The notes beneath the pieces were generated by a model. The model made no database searches and had not been told where the DNA came from. It was given only the letters and a program-made list of their open reading frames with translations. A program made the position numbers and the translations under genes. DNA of 63,067 bases, filler included, from Octopus bimaculoides (Eukaryota), in assembly GCF_001194135.2 (NCBI RefSeq). It is 7 parts of 7 records of this genome, joined end to end, with 100 filler letters (N's around TTAATTAATTAA, not from the genome) between each part and the next. Parts side by side here need not be neighbours in the genome. Positions count along the whole stretch, not along the records: positions 1 to 20,285 come from NC_068984.1; 6 more parts are not named here. One strand, given 5' to 3'. Below, piece after piece: positions 1 to 14,880 of the stretch. How positions within the stretch are numbered: the first letter of the stretch is position 1; every line of letters begins with the position of its first letter.

Positions 1-299
1 ATATATATATATATATATATACATACATATAATACGACATACAGCCTGCGATGGGTAAATTGTCGCCACTATATATACTTAATTTCGTGCATGCGCACAG
101 TTTGTTTTTGATTCTGTCGAGTACTCAGTATAGGAGAGTCAGTTAAGCACCGACTGTGAGAAAAATATTACCATGACCGATTCACTCTGCCAGAAATTTG
201 AAACGACATTCTCTGCTGCTAGGAATTCGAACTGGAATCTCCAAAAGGAACATTTGGGGGTGCTTCGGTATCAAACTGAGGACAGAGGAATGTGAAGAC

Positions 300-915
300 A
301 TGCACTGAGTGTGATCAAAATCAAACATGCAGTCAACATGGAGTGATCACTAGTGATAATGACGATATGCCTCCATTCATCTTCGCACACTGCCTCAGAC
401 ACAGCACGGCGGCCTACATCAAGTGTCTGGATGTGGTAGTGCTGTCGTGAGTCAAGTGGGTGGCTGCTGGAGGAACCCATGTCTTGCAACAGGACTCTGC
501 ACCAAGCCACACAAGCAAGAGAACCCAGTCATAGCTGTTAGACTATTTCTGCGACCACATCACCCCTAACATCTGGCCAACTAACTTCCCAGATTGCAAC
601 CCCCTTGATTATTATGTGTGGGGCGCAGTTGAACGAGAAGCCCAACAAAACTCCTTGTAACACCAAAGATAAACTGATGGAAAGGTTTATGGCAGCATTC
701 ACCAACTTAAACAAGGAGACTGTCCAGAAGAGTTGCAGGAAATTCCAAAGTCGTCTGGAGGCCGTGGTTGATGTTAGTGGTGAATTCATTGAATAAATTT
801 ACTCTTACTATTTCAAGATATTTTTGAGGTAATTGTGGTAAATATATCAGTTAAAATGAGATGTCAGTTTTATTTTCATGTTTGCTATATTTAGACGACT
901 GTTCATTCACTGCAC
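300..915 (+). mobile_element. Decayed Tc1/mariner transposase C-terminal fragment (DDxD type, maT-like)
   Basis: Reads ...MPPFIFAHCLR...HVLQQDSAPSHTSKRTQS*...ITPNIWPTNFPDCNPLDYYVWGAVERE..., with stops and frameshifts. Confidence 0.8.
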
Positions 916-922
916 CATGTCT

Positions 923-2258
923 ATACACAAAATGTCCACAGAAGCACTCCCTGATTTCAAACAGATGTAACATATAAATTTATTGTAATTATGTTTCACA
1001 TTTAGTAGCTCCAGCTGCAGGATTTCATTCAGTTTCATGTGGTGGAGGTAGCATTAAAGGTACTCAATGTGCGCCCCTCTGATTGCTCGGAAAACATCGA
1101 TGCGATAGTCCAGTTCGGTTCCGACGCTCAGCAGTATATCCTGTGTTACCATGCGAAATGCTTCAGTGATAGAAATTTTCAGCTCCTCCAGGGTTACAAG
1201 TAGTGGTGGTACGCAAACTGCGCTTTTCACGTAACCCCAAATAAAGAAGTCACAAACAGTTAGGATCGCTGACATTTCAAGTCATTTGCAGGACACCAGA
1301 TCATCTCGCGCAGTAATACCAATCCATCTGTTTGGTAAGTACTCAGTGGGAAATCTGTTGACAGCAAGATGCCAATGCAGTGGAGCACCGTTTTGCTGGA
1401 AATGATAGGGAGCAGCTAGTTGCGAAAACATGCAATTGGTCAGCATCTCCAGGTAACTTTGACCAGTAACAGCTCCTCTCTCAAAGAGGAAAAGGCTATA
1501 CACTGTCTTCTCTGATACAGCACAAAACCTTTTGATGGATCTCGCTCAATTTCCTGGGTAGTGTGCGGATATTCAAGCCCCCATATCCGCACGTTATGCC
1601 TATTGACTTTGCCGTTCAAATGAAATGTCGCCTCATCACTGGAAATGATTTTTCAGGGCAGGTTATCATTATCTTCCTTTAATCACAAAATTCAAATCGC
1701 ATTCGATTGTTTTTCGGGTGGAGTTTTCGACTAATTGCAGCTTGTACGGGTGAAAGTTTAGGTGTTTTTGTAAGATCTCGCAAACTGTACTTTTGGAGGA
1801 GGTGTAACTCTCGGCTAGGTTTCCGTATTGACTTTTTGGGCTGTGCGCAAATTTTCTTCTCACTGGATCAATAACTTCCTGAGACTGGTGATAGACCAGA
1901 ATGTCCCTTTCTCTGATCACAGATACACCCTTTCTGACTGAAATTGTTGTACAATTTCCGAATGGATTTGGGTGTAGGTGGAATCGTATGTTACTTGAGT
2001 CTGAAAGCACGTTGCACGGCGACAACACTGTTTGATCTTGCAAATTCCAGAACACACCGGCTGTGTTGTTGTGGGGTGATGGCTATTTGTAAATTTCCTT
2101 GCATCCCTGTGGTTTTCATATCAAAGATAGCTAATCCCTTGAAAAAATGGAATAACTGCTGTTAGAGAATCAGTTCACATCATGCTCATCAATATATTTA
2201 AATTAGTTTAAATACTATATCTTCATGAAATCAGGGAGCATTTTTGTGGATACCTTCT
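923..2258 (-). mobile_element. Full-length decayed Tc1/mariner-superfamily transposon, about 1.3 kb, with TIRs
   Basis: TIR cores 935-959 and 2226-2250 match at 21/25 as inverted repeats. Internal minus-strand fragments include KHLNFHPYKLQLV, YLEML...FQQNGAPLHW and CDFFIWGYVK...YRIDVFRAIRGAHIEYL. Confidence 0.85.
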
Positions 2259-3683
2259 CAAAGCTCGTTTTTCCAGCGTTCACCACTTCACCTCCTTATG
2301 GCTTAACAGCCCTCACAGTTTGTTTTTACTGTTTTGTTCTCACTGCCCTGTTTTTCTTACCACTTTAACCCTCCGCAAAAGATACCAAATTTTACTTAAT
2401 TTGCTTTGCGGGATGGACTGTCTTAACCAAGTCGCGTCTTGTCTCTACCTTCGAAACGCGGTGTAGATAAAACAGGGGACAACTGATGAAGGGAATGTTC
2501 TTTATGTTGCTTGTCTCATTTCTCTATTTGTTTCTCTATTTGCATAGGAAATATGTAGACGTCTCTAATTGTAACTGTATATGGTACACACACGAATATT
2601 GCTAGAAACAAGATTTAAACCACTTATAGCTGCGTAATAGCACAGTTATGTATTCTGACAGAGTATATAACTATCTCATGGGAGAAGCAAACCAAAACAC
2701 TTGACTGCACAATTCTATTTTAATGTGAGTTGTCAACAGTATACGAACTCAGTATCAATAGATTTCCACTATAATATAAATATTCTCAAGACTTATTCAA
2801 AATTATATTTACTTTCGGTTACTAAATTCCTTACCTTAGTAGATCTAATAATTACGAAATGAAACTTTACACAAAAATTTGTTTTACGATATTGTCATGG
2901 TATCGATAGTAATATGAATGCAAACAATAAAATATTCTTTTTTGTTATACATTGATTTATATTTCTGCCCCTTTTTTTGTTATCTAACATCTACGCTTTA
3001 AACTGTTCCATATTACGGAAAGTCTGCTGTGGGCTAAATCTGTTGCTCTTTGGCTTAAAATAAATCTTTTCAGAGTTTTACTAATGGCAAATACACTCAA
3101 AATAAATATGGATGAAGAATATGAAATTCTGCATTTATCTTCTAATATATACATATATAACTTATTCTATATTTAGAAGGACTGAATAAAAACTGCAAAG
3201 CAGCAGTCACGCGCACGCACAACGTGCGCGAGCGCACATACACACAAAAATTATGTGTATTGGCCATTCCAATTTAGTACAATGAGTAATAGTTTCATCA
3301 TTTGGTTTGTTATTCATAGCAAATAAATAAATAAAAGATAAATAGAAAATAAATTAAAAGTAGAATAAACCTATTCTGGTACTTAGCGACACGGCCTTTT
3401 AGCAACATAAATATTAATGGAGGACTCTGATATAATTTTATAGATTTAAGGATTTGTAAACCGTATTTTCAGGACTTACTAAAAGAAATCAAAATACGAT
3501 AGGTTGCTGCTACATGGCTAACAATAAGGGCGAGTTAAAGTGTCCTTAGGGCATATAGCGAGCTCCACCCTCAAAGTCAGGGAAAGTTCATGAATCACGT
3601 GAAGCGAAAAGTATGAAATAGTTTGTAAAAACAGGAAATTAGAAAGAAACGTGAAATGGAGAGAATATACTGAGTGAGTTTAC

Positions 3684-3757
3684 CAGAGTGGTACAGTAAT
3701 GCCTGGTACGACATCCTGTGTGGTACAGAAGGGGTAGAGAGTTATGACCACTGACAC
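3684..3757 (-). CDS. Possible small downstream exon of the same gene (Cys-containing)
   Basis: Long pyrimidine tract, gctacag|GT GTC AGT ... ACT CTG|gtaaac. In phase 1 it reads VSGHNSLPLLYHTGCRTRHYCTTL. The donor is weak and the tract borders a microsatellite. Confidence 0.3.
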
Positions 3758-3817
3758 CTGTAGCAATGGCACAAGAATAAGAAGAAACAGAAAAGAAAAC
3801 AAGCAAGCAAGAGGATG

Positions 3818-4332
<515 letters not shown>

Positions 4333-4876
4333 CGACACTTGCGGTGTCAATGCCCTAACTGGCAGAATTTACGTTTCGTAGAACAGGATTTAGTAAGGAA
4401 TTAAACATTAATAAAGTGTAATGTAAACATATATTAAACTATTAGAGAACAAACAACCGCCGGAATGAGAAATAACAAAAATATAACAAAAAACAGAAAA
4501 GAGATGAATTGAAAACAAGAGAATACTTATAGTAGACCGACATAACAACAGATTCTCGCGTATGGAAAATAAAACCGAAGTGATACAACAGTTTTAAACG
4601 GATTATTCTTGGAATTTCAATTTAGAACTTGTTAATTATGGCATAAACTAACATAGGAGGATTAACCTGCTCTAAGACAGATAATATAATCTCGAAATGT
4701 TGAAAAATCAAGTAGCTTGCAGATCGATTATTGAAGAATATATTAAAGAATGAATGCACGTTACATAATGAATTTTAATTCGTCTTTCTGTTTTATCGAC
4801 GGACTATAACGTATGAATTGCTATGTATATATATATCTGTGTGTATGTGTGTGTGTGTGTGTGTGTATGTGTATGC

Positions 4877-4915
<39 letters not shown>

Positions 4916-5370
4916 TGTGTATGTGTATGTGTGTGTGTGTGGGTGTATGTGTGTGAAAGTACGTGGCTGAATGGTTAGGATGACTCACACACGATCACAA
5001 GATCGTCATTTCGAGTCCCTGGTCGGCCATGTGTTGAGTTCTTGAGCAAAACACCTTGTTTTACGCTCCTCCAATTCACTCAGCTGTAAATGGGTTAGTA
5101 TTTGATAGACGGTTGTAGTATTCAGGGTAACCGTTGGCCTACTCGACGAGTCATTGAAGTGATATCATTTTGAATGTAAAACGATGTCAGGTAGAAACTG
5201 TTGTAACTAGAGTTTTATAGCGGCATCGGATAGTGTGATCCACACATACATACATGCATGCGTACATACATACATATATACATACATATATACATACATA
5301 TAATACATACATGTATATATTCATATAATTTTATGTAATATATATGTGTATATATATGCGAGCTTGCATG

Positions 5371-5401
<31 letters not shown>

Positions 5402-5424
5402 AGTATATATATATATATGTGTGC

Positions 5425-5497
<73 letters not shown>

Positions 5498-5506
5498 CGT
5501 GTATAT

Positions 5507-5550
<44 letters not shown>

Positions 5551-5636
5551 CACACAGAGACACACACATAGACATAGACACAGACACAAACACACACACA
5601 CACACACATACACACACACATACACACACATATACA

Positions 5637-6915
5637 CAGGGTTGCACAAAATAATGGAAACACCTAGCATCATAGCATCATAATTTTTAAATATCTGTAA
5701 AACCGTCAAAAGCTTGTTTATTTTTATGTTTTTTTGGTTTATTATTAATTTTGCTTAATATGTTTTGCTAAAATTGCTGTTTCATTTCAGATATCATCAA
5801 AAAAAGATAATTAAAATTCTATCGGACTTTCAAGGAGGTCAAATTGTTGGTGCTGGTATGGCAGGCGCTAGCTTAACGGAGACAGCGGGAATGTTTGGTG
5901 TATCAAGAAATACTGCCTCGAAAGTAATGATAGCCTTTGAGAAAGAGGGAAAAACCTCCTCATCGATATAAGACTCCAGAAGAAAACCAAAACTTTCAAA
6001 TAGGGAACATCGAACACTTACGCGAATTGTTAGAAAGGATCACAAAAATACAGCTCCTAAAATTACTGCAGAGCTTAATGACCACCTTGAGAACTCAGTT
6101 TCCACAAAAACTGTTCGCCGGGAGCTGCACAAAGCCGGATTTCGCGGGAGGGCTGCAATCAGAAAACCACTACTTTCAAAAACAAACGTTGCAAAGCGTT
6201 TAGAGTGGAGTAAAAGCTTACAGAATTGGTTCCTAGAACAGTGGAAGAATGTTATATTCTCGGGCAAGTCATCCTATACCTTATTTCCGACCACCGGCCG
6301 AGTACACGTGTGGAGATAGTCACAAAAAGCATTCTTCGAACTTTTAAACATGGAGGAGGATCTGTGATGATCCGAGGAGGAGTATATCTTGGAAATCCGC
6401 CGGGCCTAATGGTTTCCCTTCAAAGCAGAATTAATAGTCAAGACTATTTAAGCATTTTATCTGATCAAATTCATCCTATGATTGCGGAACCGTTTCCGGA
6501 GGGAAACAAAATCTTTCAGGATGATGGTGTATCAATTCACATAGCTAAAGTTGTTACTGAATGGCACGAAGAACATTGTAGTGAAGTTGAACATCTTATC
6601 TGGCCACCACATTCCCAGATCTCAGTATTATTGAACATTTACGGTGCATTTTAGAAAAATAAGTAAGGAGTCGATATCTTCCACCATCAACACTACAAGA
6701 AGTGGAGACTGTTTTAGCTGAAGAATGGACAAAAATTCCTTTGGAAACAATTCAAACTTTGTACGAGTCTATACCTCGTAGAATTCAAGCTGTAATTACT
6801 ACCAAACGTGGTCCTACCGCATATTAAAGTAAATTTATTTGAAATTTTAAGGTGTTTCCATTATTTAAGGTGTTTCCATTATGTAAGGTGTTTCCATTAT
6901 TTTGTCCAGCCCCTG
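5637..6915 (+). mobile_element. Full-length decayed Tc1-like (DD34E) transposon
   Basis: TIRs cagggttgcacaaaataatggaaacacct and aggtgtttccattattttgtccagcccctg|TA. Frameshifted transposase with HTH (DFQGGQIVGA..), FKHGGGSVMI, FQDDGVSIH and HLIWPP..PDLSIIEH. Inserted in a (CA/TA)n tract. Confidence 0.92.
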
Positions 6916-9289
6916 TATATATATACGTACTTCAAGACAATGTAAATTTGATTTCAGCAATAAGCAATTTTATAAAATTAGAACTATAGTGTTAATTTAT
7001 TGATGATTTTATAGTAATATTTTTGGCCATTAAAAGACAAGAGATAAAACTAAGTGGAGAAAATTACTTGTTCTTGTAGCATAATAGAAACAATTTGTGA
7101 GGTTTGGCACATAACGTTATCTAATTACCATTTTACTCTCTATTCAATTTTCAATGTAGATATTTCACATAACGAAGCAGTGTTGACCTAATAAAGATAT
7201 AGCAGTGTATTTCTACATAAAAACACATACATATACACTTAGCATACATGCACTCACACGCAAACGCACACACACACACACACACATACATACATACATA
7301 CAAATATATATACACACACGCACACACGCATGCACGCACATATATATATATATATATGTATATACGCGCGCGTGCGACTCTGCGTGCAAGTGTGCGCGCA
7401 TGCGTTTGTGCACTCGTGATGCGTATCTGTGTATATCCCCCCACTATTTACTGACTTATATATATATATATATATACTCACACATATACACATAAGCATA
7501 CGGGCATAGATCTACATTCATACTGATTTCAATAATTACTCGTATACGTGTATGTGTATGTGTAAATACATATTAATGTTTGTGTTTATGTTATAATAAA
7601 GTGTTTACATTAATCGAAGTATTACTCAATACATTTCATAGAGGAAGTATATTCTATACATTAAAAAGAACAGTATTGGCCGTGACTTTGAAATTTCACC
7701 AGTTAAGCCATCAGATGTGTATGCATGCAGATACTTACGTGTATTACAAATATATATGCTTACACATGTGTGTATATATAGATATGAGCGCGCGCGCACA
7801 CACACACACGCGAGCAGACACATGCGCATACACACATACATAAATATATATATATATACCATACACAAACACAACCCCACATGTGTGCGTGTGTATTTAT
7901 GTATATACGTATGTAACTTTATATGAACATTGAAGTTTATATATTTTTATAGTAATGCGTGAATATATGTGAATATATGTTTTTATTTGCGTTCGTAATT
8001 AGATATCGGGGATTTCATTTTAACAAGCATTTCATGTTATCAATATAAATAATCTAGCCAAAAGCGGATGATACTGTGTTGCAATTTAACATGTCGGAAA
8101 ATTCTTACTTTCTTTGCATAGAATATGTTGCTGTTACGTTCGCATCAACAGACTACTTAAATCTTGACTCCCTGCTGAATGCTTTTCGGTCCTAACTCTG
8201 ACGCTTGTGTTTGTACGCATTTACAGCAGAAACGTATAACTGACGCATGTGTGAGGTACTTGGCTGAGTTCAATTTAGAAAAAAATGATGAGCTTCTATG
8301 CTGTAAATGTTTCAGTCATTTGAATCATTCAGTCATTTCCGTCCGCATGAGGAGCAGTGGCCTTGATATGGAATGCGAGAATCTATTATAGCCCAGGATG
8401 TCCTATATTGTATTTTCTTATTAATTAGATGATGCTTGTGGCTGACTAGGGATGTGGAGGTGCTATGCTCTTTATATTTGAATGAGTTTAAATGTGCAGT
8501 AATTAATGGTTGATCCGATATACTAGGTAGAGGAATTATTTAATAAGCTGTCGACAGTGCATTTGTATACCACGTTGAGCCCTCTGCAACGGGCTTGCAA
8601 CAGGTAATCGATCGCGGCCCTGCAGTGGACTCTGTTTAAAGGGGCCCTTCAGATATTAACTCATTACTCATAACATCCACAACTTGTAAACACAAATTTT
8701 TCCGCACATTTAAATTTTTCCATAAATCCAAGTGTAAACTTATCCCTCACACACAACACTTACTTGCATATTTCCATGGTCATTATAATATTCCTACGTC
8801 TGACTCCTTCATTATCTTCTCCTGCGGGTTTTAATTTAATCTCTTAAAATTTAAACCTTCATCTCTTAGAACTCCGAATCGTAAATGGTAACTTTTCTTC
8901 CTAAACAATTAAATATTTAACTGGTTTCTCCATTCATGCCTGCTTCTCCATTCATCCTTTAATATATTCATACCTCCATAGGTAGGAATATATCTGTAGC
9001 TACTGACCATAACAAACTGGAAATTCATCTATTCAAGAGACACAAATATTTATTTTTATCCTCCATTATCTTCTTCCTCTCTTTTATCTGTATCCTTATT
9101 TTTACAATTTAATCTTATTCTTTTTTTTCTACTTTTTATATTTTTAAATTTTTATTTTATTATATCTTTTTATTTTTACTCTATATTTTTGTATTTCTTT
9201 ATATTTATTCTCCTAACCAATCCTTCTGACCTACCATTGCTAATACTCCCTCACTTACCTTCCTCTTCTCTATCCCCACAGGCTATCCC

Positions 9290-9340
<51 letters not shown>

Positions 9341-9890
9341 CTCATAAACTCTCTTTCCCTTTCTTTCTCTTTCTCATTCCCCTGCCACTTTGCTCAATAG
9401 CCGCTTTAATAGAAATTCTCTCATAAATCAGCCATCTTAATATCAACATACCATTCCCATTTCTGCCGAGATATTGCCTGGATATTTATGCTGTGAACCC
9501 ATTGCTCATACTTTACTGCCTGGATTTACATTGGACTTTACCTAAGGACATACAGACTAACATCCATACACTCTGAAAAATGACCTGTGAACTTTATTTC
9601 CTTACTCCCTACTCTTCTACTTCATTGCTTACTACCTGCGAATTTTCCATGTCTAGATCTTTTATCTGAATATTTCAATGTCTAGATGTTCTCTACTCGC
9701 CTATCACTTGGGATATCCCAGAAACAGCTGTAAGACCTAAATTACTTTAAGAATAATATAAAATAATATATATGATTTGAGATATATGTTATGCCTCGGT
9801 TTTTTGTCTTCTTTCACACATACACCCACACACACACGCACACACACACGCACACACACACACACATATATATACATACATATATATATT

Positions 9891-9928
<38 letters not shown>

Positions 9929-10843
9929 NNNNNNNNNNNNNNNNNNNNNNNNNNNNNNNNNNNNNNNNNNNNNNNNNNNNNNNNNNNNNNNNNNNNNNNN
10001 NNNNNNNNNNNNNNNNNNNNNNNNNNNNNNNNNNNNNNNNNNNNNNNNNNNNNNNNNNNNNNNNNNNNNNNNNNNNNNNNNNNNNNNNNNNNNNNNNNNN
10101 NNNNNNNNNNNNNNNNNNNNNNNNNNNNNNNNNNNNNNNNNNNNNNNNNNNNNNNNNNNNNNNNNNNNNNNNNNNNNNNNNNNNNNNNNNNNNNNNNNNN
10201 NNNNNNNNNNNNNNNNNNNNNNNNNNNNNNNNNNNNNNNNNNNNNNNNNNNNNNNNNNNNNNNNNNNNNNNNNNNNNNNNNNNNNNNNNNNNNNNNNNNN
10301 NNNNNNNNNNNNNNNNNNNNNNNNNNNNNNNNNNNNNNNNNNNNNNNNNNNNNNNNNNNNNNNNNNNNNNNNNNNNNNNNNNNNNNNNNNNNNNNNNNNN
10401 NNNNNNNNNNNNNNNNNNNNNNNNNNNNNNNNNNNNNNNNNNNNNNNNNNNNNNNNNNNNNNNNNNNNNNNNNNNNNNNNNNNNNNNNNNNNNNNNNNNN
10501 NNNNNNNNNNNNNNNNNNNNNNNNNNNNNNNNNNNNNNNNNNNNNNNNNNNNNNNNNNNNNNNNNNNNNNNNNNNNNNNNNNNNNNNNNNNNNNNNNNNN
10601 NNNNNNNNNNNNNNNNNNNNNNNNNNNNNNNNNNNNNNNNNNNNNNNNNNNNNNNNNNNNNNNNNNNNNNNNNNNNNNNNNNNNNNNNNNNNNNNNNNNN
10701 NNNNNNNNNNNNNNNNNNNNNNNNNNNNNNNNNNNNNNNNNNNNNNNNNNNNNNNNNNNNNNNNNNNNNNNNNNNNNNNNNTATATATATATATATATAT
10801 ATATATGTACATGAATATATAAATTTGTTTGTGTATATATATG

Positions 10844-10876
<33 letters not shown>

Positions 10877-11316
10877 GCTTGTTTATAGGAATATATATTG
10901 ATTTGCCTCACTGGAAAGAATTTTTACAGGCCTGAACTCATGAATTTAAACCAGGACTTAATGCCAGCACCGGAATCATAATAATTTAATATACAACAAA
11001 AAGTATTAGATATAGAAAAGAATTTAGTTGGATACATAGATACTCAAACGGAATAATAAATAGCTTTTATTTTCTTAAAATATTCTATAGAAAATTTGAA
11101 GGATTTATGAAGGTTACTTCATTTATTTGATTTATCCCTGTCGTACATCGCATTGAATAAATCTGTTTACAATTAAATTACAATTCCTTTATTTTTCCTC
11201 CACACATATACTCTAAATACGCAGAAAACGTAAATGATGATCATAATGCATGTTGGAAATTTACATATATATATACGTATATACCTACATACATAAATAC
11301 ATACGCACGCGCGCGT

Positions 11317-11351
<35 letters not shown>

Positions 11352-12189
11352 GGCACACACCCACTGACACACACACGTATGTATATTCATATATATATAT
11401 ACATATATATATAATATACACACACACAAACTCACATATACACACACACTCACATGCATATGTATATATATATATATATATGCATATACATACATATGAT
11501 ATGAATCTTCTACTAAAGACACAGGGGAGAAAATGAGAGGAGGGGGAGGATGATTACCTCGGCCACAGTGCACAAGTGTTATCTGTTTTATATCCCTCCC
11601 CAAAAGAATGGAAAGCGAAGTCGAACACAAGGTATTTGAACTCAGAATGTAAAGGGCCAGAAGAAATGCTACTAAACATTTTGTCCGGCACCTGCAGTAA
11701 TGACTCTGCTAGGTTGCCGTTTTGTACGCACGGCAACACACTCACACATACAGAATCTGTTCTACTATAAGTCTAAAATTTAGTTTGTACGTATGTTAAA
11801 GCGTCCGAAATGGCGAAAAGCATAGTTAGACTCGGCAGATTTCTGAACTGAGAACGTAAAATCGGATGAAATTACTACTGATACAGTCTTTTTTTTTTAT
11901 TTTTAAAAAGAACATATCTAAGTGCAGATTAGCAGGCTATAGTAGGAACTGAGGTGAAACAACGCAGGTTTAATCAACTAAACTTATATATGCAGGTTAC
12001 GAAGTGTATTTGAGGATATTTCGTTTTTAGTTCATTAGACCTTCAAATTATGTAATGCATCATTTGTTTTTTTCGAATAATCCTTTCAGGATATCATGAA
12101 AGGAACATACATGCAGTCATAGTTGCTATACATGCAACTATACATGCAAGTCTAACAGAAGAAATGATAGGTGATTAGGTGTAGATTCT

Positions 12190-12645
12190 TCTGAAGTACC
12201 CAGAGTAATAATGCATACGAAATTTCCAGCAACTGTGATGGTTTCAGGAGTGGTGAGTAGCGAATGTCATGTGGTGCCTCTTCACGTTTTTCACGAGGTT
12301 TTAGAATTAATGTTGCTGGATACATTGAGGTACTAGAAACTGTTGTCAAGCTTGGGATTGTTGAGTTAAGTAATGGAAAACCATACGTGTTTCAACGAGA
12401 CTCAGCACCTTCTCATAAAGCCCTAGTCACCCAAGAATGGTTCTCAGACAAATTTTACAATTATGTAACACCCAATATGTGGCCTCCAAATTCGCCAGAT
12501 TTGAGCCTCATGGACTACTACGTGTGGAGCATTGTTGAAAGGGAGACTAAACGTTATCCTCATAATGCCATAGCTTCACTGAAGGCCGCCATTGTCCAGA
12601 TGATGTCCGTTCATAAGGTAACTACATTGTTTCTTTCCAGATAAA
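12190..12645 (+). mobile_element. Decayed mariner-like transposase fragment, same family as 300-915
   Basis: YIEVLETVV...YVFQRDSAPSHKA..TQEWF...MWPPNSPDLSLMDYYVWSIVERE. Confidence 0.85.
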
Positions 12646-12659
12646 CTGATATCTGACCG

Positions 12660-13368
12660 TTTGCAGAAAACTTCAAGTGCGACTAGTAGTCGCATTTGAT
12701 AGAGTTTGACATCGTGGTGCTATCAGGTATCTGCAGAAAAAAGGTTTAGGTACCAAGGGGATTCAAGCTGAAATAGTTGCTACATTAGAAGATGACGCGC
12801 CAGGTCTATTAACAGTGCCTAAGTGTACAGTTGAATTTAAGAGGGGAAGGGAGAGTTTGAAGATGGCCCAAAGTCTGGACGTCTTGCAACTGCCACCACC
12901 GACGAAAGCATTGATTGCGTCCACCATATGCTGATGAATGACTTATGAATCGAAATAGCCAAAGCTATTAGCATATCCAGCGACACAGTTGAGAATATTC
13001 TGTACAATCAACTTGGAATGACGAAGGATTTTACTTGGTGGGTGCCACGCCTTTTGGCACCTGATTAAAAGCACACAAAACTGATTGCATCACGGGAAAA
13101 TCTGATATTGATTGAGGTAGCTACATTTGGTTACCTTGAGCGTTTCCTACTCTAAGAAGAGGGTCGGTTTCATAACTTTGAGCTAGAGACAAAGAGACAA
13201 TCCATACAAAGAAAACCCCCTTCTCCAAATAAAGCCAAGTTCATTTTATTTATAGGGAAAGGGGTGACCTCAACTTTTTTGAAGCGAAAGGGTTACACCA
13301 TCAATAGAGATTACTTTGTCAACTTTCAGAGGTGATTATAAAAATCTGTCAAGACCAAACTCCCAGGA
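12660..13368 (+). mobile_element. Decayed mariner (Mos1/Hsmar-type) transposase, N-terminal half, running into a gap
   Basis: YLQKKGLGTKGIQAEI...EFKRGRES..SGR.AT...ENILYNQLGM...WWVPRLL. WVPxxL is a mariner signature motif. Confidence 0.8.
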
Positions 13369-14815
13369 NNNNNNNNNNNNNNNNNNNNNNNNNNNNNNNN
13401 NNNNNNNNNNNNNNNNNNNNNNNNNNNNNNNNNNNNNNNNNNNNNNNNNNNNNNNNNNNNNNNNNNNNNNNNNNNNNNNNNNNNNNNNNNNNNNNNNNNN
13501 NNNNNNNNNNNNNNNNNNNNNNNNNNNNNNNNNNNNNNNNNNNNNNNNNNNNNNNNNNNNNTATATATATATCCATTCTATCCAGTGAGTTGAGTTCTGT
13601 ACCAGATAATGTTCACGCTACGTGGAAGATATTATTGATATCCTTTAACCAAATAATGCATATAAATATTGTTTGATAGTGTATTTAGTGTTGCTTTGCA
13701 AAGAAGTATTCTAATCAAATATTCATAAGATGAAAAGCAATGCAGTCGTGTCACTATAATTTGTTTTTTGTTCATCTAAATCTAAATAATCTAATTTGTT
13801 CTGTTTTGTAAATGGATTTAAACAGATTTGGTCGTGTAACTATCATCGGGTCTACTGGAATTGTGTTTTTCATAAATTTCTGATTTGTTGTAATATTGAA
13901 TTATTTAGTTATAGACTGGGTTTTTTTCTCAACCATAAAACACTTTCTGAGAGTCATTTTATATCACTCATCTGAGCATTAGCTGATATATCTTCAATGC
14001 CTGTCAAGTAATTGTACCTGCTGTATCTGCAGATGTTATTTATATCACATTCTCTTGTGATACAATTACCTATTTTTGCATTATTTCCTCAGTGTATTAC
14101 AATTTCTGCAGTACTGTCATTTTTTACTGTTACTGGATACGGTCTTCCAAATGGATTGAAAATGAACGTAACATTGTTTTAATTGAAATTAATTATTGAA
14201 TAAAGGTATTTTCAAAAAGTGCTAATGATGATTTGAAGTACTGCTTGGCCATGTATATTTTACCTTAACGCAAGTGTATTAAGGGATTCCAGTTGAGACA
14301 CTTTCTCTTTAACAGTGCAATTTTTTACAATACTTGTCAGAAAACAATTTTTTTATGTTTTCTTAACCATAAGATTTGTAATTTAGTGACCAAGTCGTTG
14401 CTTTTACAATCTGACTACTATATCATTCAATTCATGATGTGATTGATTTCTGCATAACACTTGATGTTATGACCTCAATCAGTGCATGGGCCAATTCCAG
14501 CATCAAACAGGGTATTTGAGAATTATATCACAAGGGATGGGACTAAAAACTTCTATTTTGAAGAACCATGACACATAATGTCATGTCATTCTACCTTAAC
14601 GGTACAAGGGAGCGTGGAATACTCAGTTACAAACACTATACAAAGCTATTTAGAATATACTACATCATTTTGCGTTCATTCGTCTAACGATAACTAGCAG
14701 CTAAATACTTGCGCGTGGTTTTAAACTTTTATGTAGTATAGAAAAATATTTACCTCGTGTGTTCATTAATGTAATTATTTTTTATTTATCTGCGAGTTTT
14801 GAGGAATAACCACCA

Positions 14816-14880
14816 GTTATTTTCTCATATTATCTAAAGTTATTTTCTCATATTATCTAAAGTTATTTTCTCATATTATC
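14816..14880. repeat. 23-bp tandem repeat, about 2.8 copies
   Basis: gttattttctcatattatctaaa starts at 14816, 14839 and 14862. Confidence 0.9.

Noticed and set aside
4962-5040. tRNA-like sequences with A/B boxes (also 50323, 51797, 59177)
   Set aside because: They are SINE heads that continue into SINE bodies and lack a complete cloverleaf, so they are not tRNA genes.
13800-14300. Minus-strand stretch with few stops (NVTFIFNPFGRPYPVTV...)
   Set aside because: It is interrupted by stops, has no motif I recognise and no splice signals. It may be an old repeat.
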